Part shown: positions 38,616-47,939 of the stretch, piece after piece | How positions within the stretch are numbered: the first letter of the stretch is position 1 | Layout of the letters: the number at the start of each line of letters is the position of its first letter | DNA from: Bdellovibrionales bacterium | GTDB taxonomy: Bacteria > Bdellovibrionota > Bdellovibrionia > Bdellovibrionales > UBA1609 | Length of the DNA: 64,000 nt | NCBI GenBank assembly: GCA_965199825.1 | Contig: OZ241329.1 | Coordinates: forward strand, 2,304,001 to 2,368,000 | Direction of reading: 5' to 3' | Program-made: the position numbers and the translations under genes | The notes under the pieces: model-generated | What the model was told of the DNA's origin: nothing | Seen by the model: the letters and a program-made list of their open reading frames with translations, nothing else | The model's database searches: none

Positions 38616-39964
38616 TGCTGATCAATCCTGCAACCGAAGACGTGATCGAAGAACTTGATTTTTTTTCGGATCAACAAGTGGAAACAATTCTTGATCGATC
38701 AACAAAGGGTTTCTCGAATTGGAAAAAGCTGAGCCATCGAGAACGCGGCGATTATTTTATCGAAGTCGCAAAATGTTTACGCAAATCAAAAGATGTTTTT
38801 GCCAATCAAATCACCACCGAGATGGGTAAAATCTTACCCGAATCTTTAGCCGAAATCGAAAAGTGTGCGGCTGCGTGTGAGTATTATGCTCGCAACAATT
38901 TAATGACCGATGTCGAAATTCAATCGAATTTTAAACAGAGCTTTGTGACCTACCAACCTCTTGGGCCTATACTTGGAATTTTGCCTTGGAATTTTCCATT
39001 CTGGCAATTTTTTAGATTTGCGATCCCCACCATGATGGCGGGCAACTCGGTAATTTTGAAAAGTGCGGCAAACACGATGGGGTGTGGGAATACGATTGCC
39101 AAAATTTTTAAAGATCTCCAATTTCCAGCCTCTGCTTTTGAGCTTCTTAATGTGGATGTTCCGATCCTTGCTCGAGTGATTGCCGATAAAAGAGTGCGGG
39201 GAGTGAGTCTTACCGGATCAACCCGAGCGGGCCGTGCGGTGGGCAAAGCGGCAGGTGAAGCCATCAAGCCTTGTGTTCTTGAACTTGGGGGAAGCGATGC
39301 TTACGTGGTGTTGGATGATGCCGATCTTGAGATGGCCGCACAAAAGATGATTCAAGGTCGATTTTTAAATTGTGGGCAGAGTTGTATTTCGGCCAAACGC
39401 TTTATTGTTACCCAGAAAAATTCGAGCGATCTCATTTCTATTTTGAAACATAAGATTTCAGGTTTAAAAGCGGGTTCGCCCCTCGGAAATAATGATATGG
39501 GCCCTATGGCAAGAAAAGATCTCCGCGATCAATTGAACACCCAGGTTGAACAGGCCAAAAAAGAAGGGCTTGAGGTTTTGGTGGGCGGAAAAATAAAACA
39601 ACAAAAGGGTTATTTTTTTGAACCCACTTTATTGTCTGGCACGGATCCAAACTCGATCGTATTTCAACAAGAATTGTTTGGCCCGGTGGCCTCCGTCACC
39701 ACTGCAAAAGATGAACAAGAGGCCTTAGCTTTCGCAAATCAATCTGATTTTGGTTTAGGTTCTGCGGTATTTTCTCGAGACATCGAGCGGGCAAAAAACC
39801 TAGCTCGAACACATTTTGAAGCCGGAATGTGTTTTGTGAATGATTTTGTTCGCTCAGAAATTCAACTTCCTTTTGGAGGTATAAAAGAATCTGGTATTGG
39901 ACGGGAACTCAGTCGCGATGGCCTCCATTCTTTTGTAAATATAAAAACTATATGTGTTTCTTAA
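38612..39964 (+). CDS. NAD(P)-dependent succinate-semialdehyde dehydrogenase (aldehyde dehydrogenase family)
   Basis: PWNFPFWQ, LELGGSD, GQSCIS, ELFGP, PFGGIKESG. Confidence 0.88.
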   Translation: MMLINPATEDVIEELDFFSDQQVETILDRSTKGFSNWKKLSHRERGDYFIEVAKCLRKSKDVFANQITTEMGKILPESLAEIEKCAAACEYYARNNLMTDVEIQSNFKQSFVTYQPLGPILGILPWNFPFWQFFRFAIPTMMAGNSVILKSAANTMGCGNTIAKIFKDLQFPASAFELLNVDVPILARVIADKRVRGVSLTGSTRAGRAVGKAAGEAIKPCVLELGGSDAYVVLDDADLEMAAQKMIQGRFLNCGQSCISAKRFIVTQKNSSDLISILKHKISGLKAGSPLGNNDMGPMARKDLRDQLNTQVEQAKKEGLEVLVGGKIKQQKGYFFEPTLLSGTDPNSIVFQQELFGPVASVTTAKDEQEALAFANQSDFGLGSAVFSRDIERAKNLARTHFEAGMCFVNDFVRSEIQLPFGGIKESGIGRELSRDGLHSFVNIKTICVS

Positions 39965-40884
39965 TCTTAATTTGTTCAGTTTCACTTTTTGCCCAAACCA
40001 ATAACCAAACTTTAAAGGTTGAGGACCTTTTGCCGCCTTCCACCGAGGATGTGGTTGATGAAGTCTTGACCAATAAAAGACTTCGGGCCGAAACAGGCTC
40101 GCTTTCAAAATTTTCAATCAAGACATCTTTAGGTTACAGTGCGGGATCGATCGAAAAACCGCTTGATCCATTAAGACCCAACCTCACCGGCTCGAATGGA
40201 AATATGATGACGCTCCAGAGTGTCGCAGGAAGTGTGGGACTCAAATATCGCGCAAGCGCAATGGATTCGTTATTCGTAAATACCGGCCTTCGTATGCTCA
40301 CACCGTTTCAATCGCGCTATCAAACCTCTGATCCAAAACTCCAACAGGTTTTTGATCAAAATCATCAAAAAACAGATTTGTTTGATCCAAGTCTCAGTTA
40401 CACCCACATCTTTAAAATCTATGACGCCCAAAATACATTTTCGTTTGGCCAAACTTGGGTGACCAATTCTGTAGACCGAAGTTTTGGATATTTGACCTCT
40501 TCCAGTCTTTCGCACTCGATCGCTTATGAGCTAAGCCGTTCTACCTTTGGTCTTTCAACCGCGTTGAGCTTATCATTTTTTGACCAATCCAATATTGTGA
40601 TCAATCCGTATCAAACTCTTTATGACTTGGGATTTTTTCCATTTTATGAATTTGCATTCAGTGATCGGTACCAGTTGCGCACACTCTTAGGCTTTACTTT
40701 TGAGCATCCACGTTTCGGAGCTGCCACCTTTACACTTGTTCAAAGACGGGTGTATCAATCCTTGGGTCTGGGCATCTCGGTCACCAGAAATATTTATTTT
40801 TATCCCAACATTCAATTTTTGCCCGAGGATTTGCGTAGCGATAAAACAAATGTGGCGCTTCAAACAACATTTAGTCTCTTTTAA
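39952..40884 (+). CDS. Secreted, probably outer-membrane beta-barrel protein
   Basis: Signal peptide SLFA; beta-strand pattern; C-terminal Phe. Confidence 0.6.
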   Translation: MCFLILICSVSLFAQTNNQTLKVEDLLPPSTEDVVDEVLTNKRLRAETGSLSKFSIKTSLGYSAGSIEKPLDPLRPNLTGSNGNMMTLQSVAGSVGLKYRASAMDSLFVNTGLRMLTPFQSRYQTSDPKLQQVFDQNHQKTDLFDPSLSYTHIFKIYDAQNTFSFGQTWVTNSVDRSFGYLTSSSLSHSIAYELSRSTFGLSTALSLSFFDQSNIVINPYQTLYDLGFFPFYEFAFSDRYQLRTLLGFTFEHPRFGAATFTLVQRRVYQSLGLGISVTRNIYFYPNIQFLPEDLRSDKTNVALQTTFSLF

Positions 40885-40917
40885 AAATCAAAGTCAGCAG
40901 TCGCTTGTGAATCTTAA

Positions 40918-41613
40918 TCATAAAAGCAAAATACGATAGGTACCCAAATTTTTTAGCTTAAACCTTACGGGCAGAGGATGTTGAAGAGTGGTCGACAAAA
41001 TTTTCGATTTGAAATCGGATTTGGACCATGCCCCTTTTGATTTTCCTTCTCTACTCGTCAATTTCACAATAGCGAACATGGGACGATCGTCTTTTGTAAC
41101 TGTCATTGCATTTTTGATGTGGCCAACGTCTAAATAAAATTGATCAAAGTTTTCTCTAATAGAAGCGATATCAACGATAGGTCCCACCTGCACAACAGCA
41201 GAAATATCAAAAAGGGATGGCTTCACAAAAACGAAGTACCCCGATATGTGAGTTTTGAGTACGGTTGTGCTGCTTTTAGCCAACCATTCAGGATTCAATA
41301 GGTAATTTTTAAATTGATTGAACGTGACGGATTCGAATTTAAAATCACCACCATAAGTTTTTATTAATTCGTTGAATCGTTCAAGCGACATTAAATATCC
41401 TTGGGGACTTGATTTTGGCCCTCGAATTTCAAAAATAATTTCACGATCTTCGATTGCGGAAAAAATTCTTTTTGTGTTGTTCAAAAACTGAAGAATCGAT
41501 GCGGCTTTAAGAGTACCAGGCTGAGCCCTGGTAAGTAGTGTTCGACACCCCATCAAAGGATCAGGTTCAAATTCTGCAAAAGCAAAAAGTCCGATAAACA
41601 AAAATAGAAGCAT
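40918..41613 (-). CDS. Signal-peptide protein with four tandem Phd/YefM-like repeats
   Basis: AFA cleavage site; repeats such as KAASILQFLNNTKRIFSAIED..PQGYLMSLERFNEL and IVDIASIRENFDQFYLDV..VTKDDRPMFAIV. Confidence 0.6.
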   Translation of the reverse strand: MLLFLFIGLFAFAEFEPDPLMGCRTLLTRAQPGTLKAASILQFLNNTKRIFSAIEDREIIFEIRGPKSSPQGYLMSLERFNELIKTYGGDFKFESVTFNQFKNYLLNPEWLAKSSTTVLKTHISGYFVFVKPSLFDISAVVQVGPIVDIASIRENFDQFYLDVGHIKNAMTVTKDDRPMFAIVKLTSREGKSKGAWSKSDFKSKILSTTLQHPLPVRFKLKNLGTYRILLL

Positions 41614-41671
41614 ATGAACTTATGCCACAGAATTAAAAAATAGAAATAGAGATTTTTTTGAAGTTGTGCAT

Positions 41672-42346
41672 CTAAAGAAGTGGCTGAATATCAACCACAG
41701 TGCGCGAATCGATTTGTAACAACAAAGATTGTTTGAGCTTTAGGTATTTATAAATCAGTTCAGGTAATCTGACTTTTAATGCGTCGGTGTAAGAATATTT
41801 CCCAGCCACAGAATCCCCCTGGCTTTGATTGAGAGTCAATACCGCCGCATCCCGACCCTCGATTTGCAATATTAAGTAGATTTTTTCTGTTTGAATCCGA
41901 TTGGCCAAAACTAAAAAATGCTTCAGCAATTGAGTTAAACTGATTCGAGCAAAAGAAGACTGAATATCTTCGGGCAACAGGTAATCTGGATGCACAACTG
42001 CAAAAAGAAAGGTTTGGCCATTTTTTACGATCACCACCTTTGTTGGATCCCGAACAATCGGAATCGTTTCACCAATCTTAAATCCGCTTAAAGGTACGGT
42101 TTGAATCTGTGTGAATGGTTTCTGTAAGGCTTGAAAACGAGTAAAGGGCAATACAAAGGCAAATTCTCTACTTTCATGGATCAACTGATAAACTGTCTGA
42201 TCACCTGGAAGTCGTGCGCTCACCGCAACTGCATTTTTTTCGAAGTCTTCCATGCGGACTCGCATGCGGCGGGGAGTGTGCAGAGTCAATTCGATTTCAC
42301 ATTGGGCAAATGCCGCCTGACTGAGCAAAAATAAAATTATTATCAT
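41672..42346 (-). CDS. Signal-peptide protein with four tandem Phd/YefM-like repeats
   Basis: AFA cleavage site; repeats such as RISLTQLLKHFLVLANRIQTEK..EGRDAAVL and YSYTDALKVRLPELI..DSRTVVDIQP. Confidence 0.6.
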   Translation of the reverse strand: MIIILFLLSQAAFAQCEIELTLHTPRRMRVRMEDFEKNAVAVSARLPGDQTVYQLIHESREFAFVLPFTRFQALQKPFTQIQTVPLSGFKIGETIPIVRDPTKVVIVKNGQTFLFAVVHPDYLLPEDIQSSFARISLTQLLKHFLVLANRIQTEKIYLILQIEGRDAAVLTLNQSQGDSVAGKYSYTDALKVRLPELIYKYLKLKQSLLLQIDSRTVVDIQPLL

Positions 42347-42357
42347 GAGTGCGCCCT

Positions 42358-43161
42358 CTAGATATCAACGAGTTGTGGACCTGTGAAAGCATCAGTCTTT
42401 AATATAGAGCGCGCAAAACCTTCAAGCTGCAAAGAGAGATCTGTGGTCAAAATTTGGATTTCGCGATGTTTGTTTGCGGGAAAAATAAGCAATTTTTTAA
42501 AGGCTTGTAAAAGATCTTGAGCAACCGCTTCGCCAGATTGAACCAAAAAAACTTTCTCTCCCAAAACTTTTTTGAACTGATCTTTGAGCAAGGGATAATG
42601 AGTGCAGCCCAATATCAATGTGTCCATGCCAAAGCTTTTTAAAGGTTCAAGATAGCGAACTATAATCTGATCCGTAATCACATCATCGATCCAGTTTTGC
42701 TCAACCAGTGGAACAAGAAGAGGACAATCGACCTGGCGCACGAGAACATGTGGTGACAATTCAATTAGTTTTTGGGGATAGGCTCCTTTTCGAACAGTGG
42801 CTTGAGTGGCTACGATTCCAATTTTATTATTTTTTGTGTTTTGAATTGCGGCTCGTGACCCAGGCTCGATCACATTAAAAACAGGAACACCTTCGATAAA
42901 ATGGTCTTGCATGATCACAGAAGAAGCAGAGTTACAGGCAACCACCACCGCTTTGACATTTTGTTTTTTTAAAAATTTGATATTCTGTAAAACATATTTT
43001 GAAATCGTTGAACTCGACTTGTCGCCATAGGGGAGGCGAGCGGTATCGCCGAGATAAATAAAACTTTCCTCAGGGAACTGGGTCAAAAGATGAGCCAAGA
43101 CGGTAAGTCCACCGACACCAGAATCAAAAACCGCAATAGAGCGATTGTCGATTGAACTCAC
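42358..43161 (-). CDS. murI: Glutamate racemase
   Basis: FDSGVGGLTV, PYG, VACNSAS, LGCTHYP. Confidence 0.96.
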   Translation of the reverse strand: MSSIDNRSIAVFDSGVGGLTVLAHLLTQFPEESFIYLGDTARLPYGDKSSSTISKYVLQNIKFLKKQNVKAVVVACNSASSVIMQDHFIEGVPVFNVIEPGSRAAIQNTKNNKIGIVATQATVRKGAYPQKLIELSPHVLVRQVDCPLLVPLVEQNWIDDVITDQIIVRYLEPLKSFGMDTLILGCTHYPLLKDQFKKVLGEKVFLVQSGEAVAQDLLQAFKKLLIFPANKHREIQILTTDLSLQLEGFARSILKTDAFTGPQLVDI

Positions 43162-43836
43162 TTAGACTTTAGATTTTTGTTTAAAAAGAGCAAAGCTCGT
43201 CCCTTGCAAATAAATTTCGCAAGCTAATCTCAAAGCTACCGCCACAAAAGTGATCATAATTCCTGGTTCAAATACCGATTTTCGTAACCAATCGGACGCA
43301 AACTCGAGCCCAAAACCAGAAATCATAATCAACGCGAGATAGCGTTTTACACCGTAAGAAATAATTCCGGACTCTTCGAGGGCATCCACTTGGCCCGCCT
43401 GATAGCGAGGATCAAAGAGCACCACATAATTCACAAAACTCAATTTTACCATTTGAAATAGACCAGGGAGAATCAACGCCAAAGACCACATCAAGATTCG
43501 CGAAAGCGATCTTAAACCTTCAATCGTAAGTGGACGAAGGTAGCCAACCAAAGATTTGGGTTGAGTGCTTGGCGAACCAATTTGTTTGTTCAGTGTGAAT
43601 GAAACAACAATGGTCACAACCATGCCCACAATCAGTTCGACACAAACCGCAACTAAAAGACTCAAAACCATGGTCATTGTGCCTTGAATTTCGCGGTCGG
43701 AAGTCACCGCATCGGTCATGACGGTCATTGATCCCGAAATCAAAATCAAAGCGGCCCAGACCCAAATGGGTTTGAATAAAAGAATCGAAAGATTTGCGGC
43801 CGAAATTTTAAGTGAATTAAAAAACAATTTAAGCAT
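43162..43836 (-). CDS. Hypothetical integral membrane protein
   Basis: Several TM helices; LILPGL...ALEES pattern. Confidence 0.65.
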   Translation of the reverse strand: MLKLFFNSLKISAANLSILLFKPIWVWAALILISGSMTVMTDAVTSDREIQGTMTMVLSLLVAVCVELIVGMVVTIVVSFTLNKQIGSPSTQPKSLVGYLRPLTIEGLRSLSRILMWSLALILPGLFQMVKLSFVNYVVLFDPRYQAGQVDALEESGIISYGVKRYLALIMISGFGLEFASDWLRKSVFEPGIMITFVAVALRLACEIYLQGTSFALFKQKSKV

Positions 43837-43902
43837 AATGATGAAGATTGACAGATTGTGGAGTTGAAGTCACTCTCTGATGCCTCTTCACATCCTTGAT
43901 TT

Positions 43903-43994
43903 GCCCCGGTGGCGGAATTGGTAGACGCACAGGACTTAAAATCCTGAGCTTCGGTTAAACGGGCGTGCCGGTTCGATTCCGGCCCGGGGCACCA
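43903..43994 (+). tRNA. tRNA-Leu (TAA)
   Basis: GCCCCGGTGGCGGAATTGGTAGACGC..CAGGA-CTTAAAA-TCCTG, long variable arm, GGTTCGATTCC..CCGGGGCACCA; TTGACA-N17-CACTCT upstream. Confidence 0.97.
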
Positions 43995-44120
43995 CTGACT
44001 ATTTTAAACAAATTAAGTTTATTTTTCTCAACTTGAGTTTGAGTCTGCGGCAAAAGGTGTCGAACCTTTGGTCATCTTTCATAAAAATCTTTTTAAAAAG
44101 CGTTTGTTTTGATCTGAGAC

Positions 44121-44151
44121 CCTCAACTTTCGTCGGAAGAGTCCCGAAAAG
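44121..44151 (+). promoter_or_regulatory. Putative sigma-28 (FliA)-type promoter
   Basis: CCTCAACTTT-N13-CCGAAAAG; same motif and spacing at 62751. Confidence 0.6.
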
Positions 44152-44166
44152 TCACATAGAGGGTTT

Positions 44167-46962
44167 ATGTCTATGAAGATCGATGTGAAAATTAAAGCGG
44201 CTCGTTTTGTTTTAGCCACCACACTGGGCTTTTACATGCTCACTATCTATAACTCGTGTTCTAAAGTGAGCTTTGCACCCAGCGGTGTAAGCGCACTTAC
44301 GGCCCAGGGCGGAGTTGCAGCGGTTTTGATAAACAACGGAGCACCTTACACCAATCAAGTGGGTGTGACCCTCACTCTGAATAGTCCCGGTGCCTCAGAA
44401 ATGTATGTGACCAATGATCCAAGTTGCAAAACTGGTGGAAACTGGCAGCCCTACATCGTGAGCCTTCCTTGGACTTTACCTGACAGCAACAAACAAAATA
44501 GTGTGTTTGCACAATTTCGCAATATGAGTTCTTTATCACCATGCTCACAAGCCTCGATTGTTCATGACAATATCGCACCCCTTGGGACCTTTAACAATTT
44601 CGCCGATTATACAAACCAAAATCATTTAGAAGTGCCAATTGCTGCACAAGATTCTGGATCGGGAATTGCCTCAGTAGTATGTACCGAAGTGAATACTGGC
44701 TTTACTCAAGATTGCCAAAATGGTTTTGCGATTCAAAATTTGAGCGAAGGCCCATATCACCTTTCGGTTTTGGCTCGCGACCACGCAGGCAATGTATCGA
44801 TTCCCCAAGAGCAATCTTGGACAGTTGATATAACCGCTCCTGTGGTGACTATAGTCACTGGCCCATCGCTCATTACCAATCAAACTCAAGCCGTATTTGT
44901 GATTAATGCTTCAGACAATTTTTCGCCAGCCCAAAATATTAAACTTTCTTGTAAGGTCGATGGCGGATCATTTCAACCTTGTACGACAACTCCGTCTTTT
45001 GCAGTATCCCAAGGCCCACACACATTATCGGTGATTGCGACTGATCTTGCCCAAAACACCTCAACACCAATTGTTTATAAATGGTCGGTGGACATCACCG
45101 TACTTAACGTGACTCTGACAAAAGTTCCGAGCCCAGTGAGTGGAGATTTAAAACAAGTATTTGGATTTCAAGGCTCTCCTCAAGTTGTAACTTTCTTGTG
45201 TCAGTTAGATTCAGGCGCACAAAGTGTGTGCGTCTCACCGCTCAACTATGGCCGATTGCCTGACGGTCCACATACGTTTAAAGTGACGGGTCAAAATCAA
45301 GCCGGCGACCAATCGCAACCCACCACTTACAGTTGGATTGTTGATACCACTCCGCCTGTTGTTTCGATTTCTTCTCAGCCTCCAGCAAGCACAAATAATC
45401 CAAATGGAACCGTGATTTTTAATGTGACCGACCAAAATCCATCGGGCTCGGCAATTTGCGTAGTCGATCAACAAGCGGCGCAAAATTGTGTGAATTCAAT
45501 TGTTCTTCAGACACTTCCTGAAGGACCTCACCAGGTCACAATCACAACCGTAGATCAAGGCGGAAACAGTTCTACACCTGTCACTGCACAGTGGACGATT
45601 GATCTGACTCCACCTGTCGTCACCATCGTCTCTGGCCCTGATAAAATCACTCAATCACAAAGCGCACCGTTCATATTGAATGCAACGGATGCGAACGGCG
45701 GAAAAGTTTCTCAAATTCAATGTAAGCTCGATTCTCAAGCCACATTTTCGAGTTGTACTTTGACTCCACAATTTTCAAATCTTTCGAATGGCAATCACAC
45801 CTTTTCGGTAAAGGGTGTGGATCAAGCGGGCAATATCTCAGCACAGGTCGATTACCCTTGGACCGTGAGTACCAATGGTCCAAGCATTACTTTTCAACAA
45901 CAGCCTCAAGATCCGAGTTCAGTTTCATCGCCAGCAGTTGTGCAGTACTCGGTGAGCGATACGGTATTTCCTGGAAGTGCATTAACAATCACATGCGGAT
46001 TTAATGGCCAAGTTACAAGCTGTGCAGATCAGGCGACTCTCAGTCACGACCAAACTTTAGGAACTCAAACCTTTACGGTAAATGCGAAAAATCCTGCGGG
46101 CCTGACCTCAACACAAACCATCACTTGGACTGCGAAAAGCATTTTGCAATTTCCATCTCTCTCAAATCTTGCGGCAATTGCATTTGAAGATAATTTTCCA
46201 AGCGTCGGTGATGCCGATTACAATGATTTTTTGACCAACTTTAAAATCACTGAAGCAATCAATACTCAAAACCAGATTACCCAAATCACCATCGATTTTT
46301 ATCCTCGAGCGGTCGGCGCAGGCTTCGATCATTCATTAATCTTGGTGCTTGATGGTGTTAAAGATTCGCCATCCAATATCACCAAACAAACCACACCGCT
46401 GTTCAATGGTGATGCCTCTATCGTGCTAATGAAATACGATGGATCAGGAAATCTGAAATCCAAACAGAATTATTCAAAAGGGCAAGATGTTGTGGTTTTT
46501 CAAAGTACCCATGATGCGTTTGGAGATTCGGGACAAGTGAATACCAATCCCGGCGCACCCTACATTGCCCCTTTGTCATTGGCGCGAGTCCAAATCACAC
46601 TTCACAATCCAGAACAAAATGCGGTTGCAAGCAACAGTATTGACACAAGTAAATTTCGAGTCATTTTACATGTGAGTAATACCAATAAAGATATCGATAT
46701 CATCGACGTCGATCCTTCAAACTTTGACAGTAATGGATATCCTTTTGGATTTATTATTCCTTCGGATTGGCAGTGGCCGGTTGAAGGTAAAGCAATCGAC
46801 AACAGCTATCCAAATTTTGCGGCTTACAGAAAATTCTTAGTCGATAAAAATTCAGATCCAACTGTGACGGCTCCGCCGAGCGTGTTGAATTGGTTCTTGT
46901 CGCCGGTGCCGAATGATCCTTCGTTGTATCCGCGGGTGCAAGCTCCCACGAAACTCCCCTAA
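44167..46962 (+). CDS. Surface lipoprotein/adhesin with about 6 Ig-like repeats and a C-terminal LruC/DUF4842-like domain
   Basis: YNSC signal; repeats ending W-x-V/I-D-x-T-x-P with Cys pairs; AFEDNFPSVGDADYND and WQWPVEG...I...YPNF motifs. Confidence 0.75.
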   Translation: MSMKIDVKIKAARFVLATTLGFYMLTIYNSCSKVSFAPSGVSALTAQGGVAAVLINNGAPYTNQVGVTLTLNSPGASEMYVTNDPSCKTGGNWQPYIVSLPWTLPDSNKQNSVFAQFRNMSSLSPCSQASIVHDNIAPLGTFNNFADYTNQNHLEVPIAAQDSGSGIASVVCTEVNTGFTQDCQNGFAIQNLSEGPYHLSVLARDHAGNVSIPQEQSWTVDITAPVVTIVTGPSLITNQTQAVFVINASDNFSPAQNIKLSCKVDGGSFQPCTTTPSFAVSQGPHTLSVIATDLAQNTSTPIVYKWSVDITVLNVTLTKVPSPVSGDLKQVFGFQGSPQVVTFLCQLDSGAQSVCVSPLNYGRLPDGPHTFKVTGQNQAGDQSQPTTYSWIVDTTPPVVSISSQPPASTNNPNGTVIFNVTDQNPSGSAICVVDQQAAQNCVNSIVLQTLPEGPHQVTITTVDQGGNSSTPVTAQWTIDLTPPVVTIVSGPDKITQSQSAPFILNATDANGGKVSQIQCKLDSQATFSSCTLTPQFSNLSNGNHTFSVKGVDQAGNISAQVDYPWTVSTNGPSITFQQQPQDPSSVSSPAVVQYSVSDTVFPGSALTITCGFNGQVTSCADQATLSHDQTLGTQTFTVNAKNPAGLTSTQTITWTAKSILQFPSLSNLAAIAFEDNFPSVGDADYNDFLTNFKITEAINTQNQITQITIDFYPRAVGAGFDHSLILVLDGVKDSPSNITKQTTPLFNGDASIVLMKYDGSGNLKSKQNYSKGQDVVVFQSTHDAFGDSGQVNTNPGAPYIAPLSLARVQITLHNPEQNAVASNSIDTSKFRVILHVSNTNKDIDIIDVDPSNFDSNGYPFGFIIPSDWQWPVEGKAIDNSYPNFAAYRKFLVDKNSDPTVTAPPSVLNWFLSPVPNDPSLYPRVQAPTKLP

Positions 46963-46984
46963 AGCTGGCCCCTTTAATTGTTTG

Positions 46985-47000
46985 TGGCTAAGGGTTTGCT
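46985..47000 (+). promoter_or_regulatory. Sigma-54 (-24/-12) promoter of transposase copy 2
   Basis: TGGC-TAAGGGT-TTGCT, 13 bp before the ATG exactly as in copy 1. Confidence 0.65.
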
Positions 47001-47013
47001 CTACTAATTTGTA

Positions 47014-47939
47014 ATGAATCAGAGAACAGATCCAGTTTGCGAATGTGAAAAACAATCCGGTAAAGACCGGATGCGCATTCGCAAAGCCGGATTTTTCTTT
47101 CGCCGATCTGATCACAAAAAGATTCAGCGCTACTGTTGTTTGACATGCCAAAAGACCTTTTCAACTGCCACTCGCGAAGTTTGCTATCGTCAAAATAAAC
47201 GACACCTTAATATTCCAATTTTTCATAAATTGTGCGGAGGATTTTCTAAACGAAGAACTGCGCTTGTCTTAAGGATCAATCGAAAAACCGTGATCCGGAA
47301 ATTTCGATTTCTCGCGAATCTTTCTTTTGATTTTTTAGATCAACAAATTCAAGAGCAATACGTCGCTGAGGTGCAGTTTGATGATATGGAAACTTTTGAA
47401 CATACTAAGTGTAAACCAATTTCGATTACTCTCGCTGTTGATAAAAAAACCAGACGTATTCTTGGAGCGGAGTGTAGTCAGATGGCTGCTAAAGGCTTAT
47501 TAGCCAAAAAAGCTCGGATCAAGTACGGTTATCGGAAAGATGAAAGGTCGAGTGGTCGCGAAAGGCTTTTCATAAAAATCAAAAACTTGGTTCGAAAAGA
47601 CTGCGTCTTTCACTCCGATCAAAACCCTCATTACGCTCCGGATATTAGAAAGCATTTTAAGTATCACGAACATAAAACTTTTAAGGGCAAAAGGGGCTGC
47701 GTTGTAGGCAAGGTGAACTGAAAAGTGGTGGGTATGATCCGCTCTTTACCCTCAATCACACGTCCGCGATGATTCGTGATAATTTAAAGAGAATGTCGCG
47801 AAAAACCTGGTGTACCACAAAGAAAATCGAAGAGTTAAATAACCATCTCGCGATTTACACGGTTTATCACAACGAATTTTTAATAAAACCTACGAAACCA
47901 CATGATGTATTTTCTGATTTAGTTGGTCTTCAAGAATAA
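47014..47939 (+). pseudogene. Frameshifted IS1-like transposase
   Basis: Homologous to 19909-20832; a 1-nt loss near 47708 shifts the frame; homology resumes (QGELKSGGYDPLFTLNHTSAMIR..RMSRKTWCTTK) to TAA 47937-47939. Confidence 0.8.

Noticed and set aside
40918..42346. Ordinary type II toxin-antitoxin operon
   Set aside because: Neither ORF resembles a toxin (RelE/YoeB/Doc/PIN); both have signal peptides and are about three times normal antitoxin length
47695..47721. Programmed -1 frameshift as in IS1 insA/insB
   Set aside because: No A6C or X-XXY-YYZ slippery site; the shift is late in the catalytic domain and copy 1 is a single ORF
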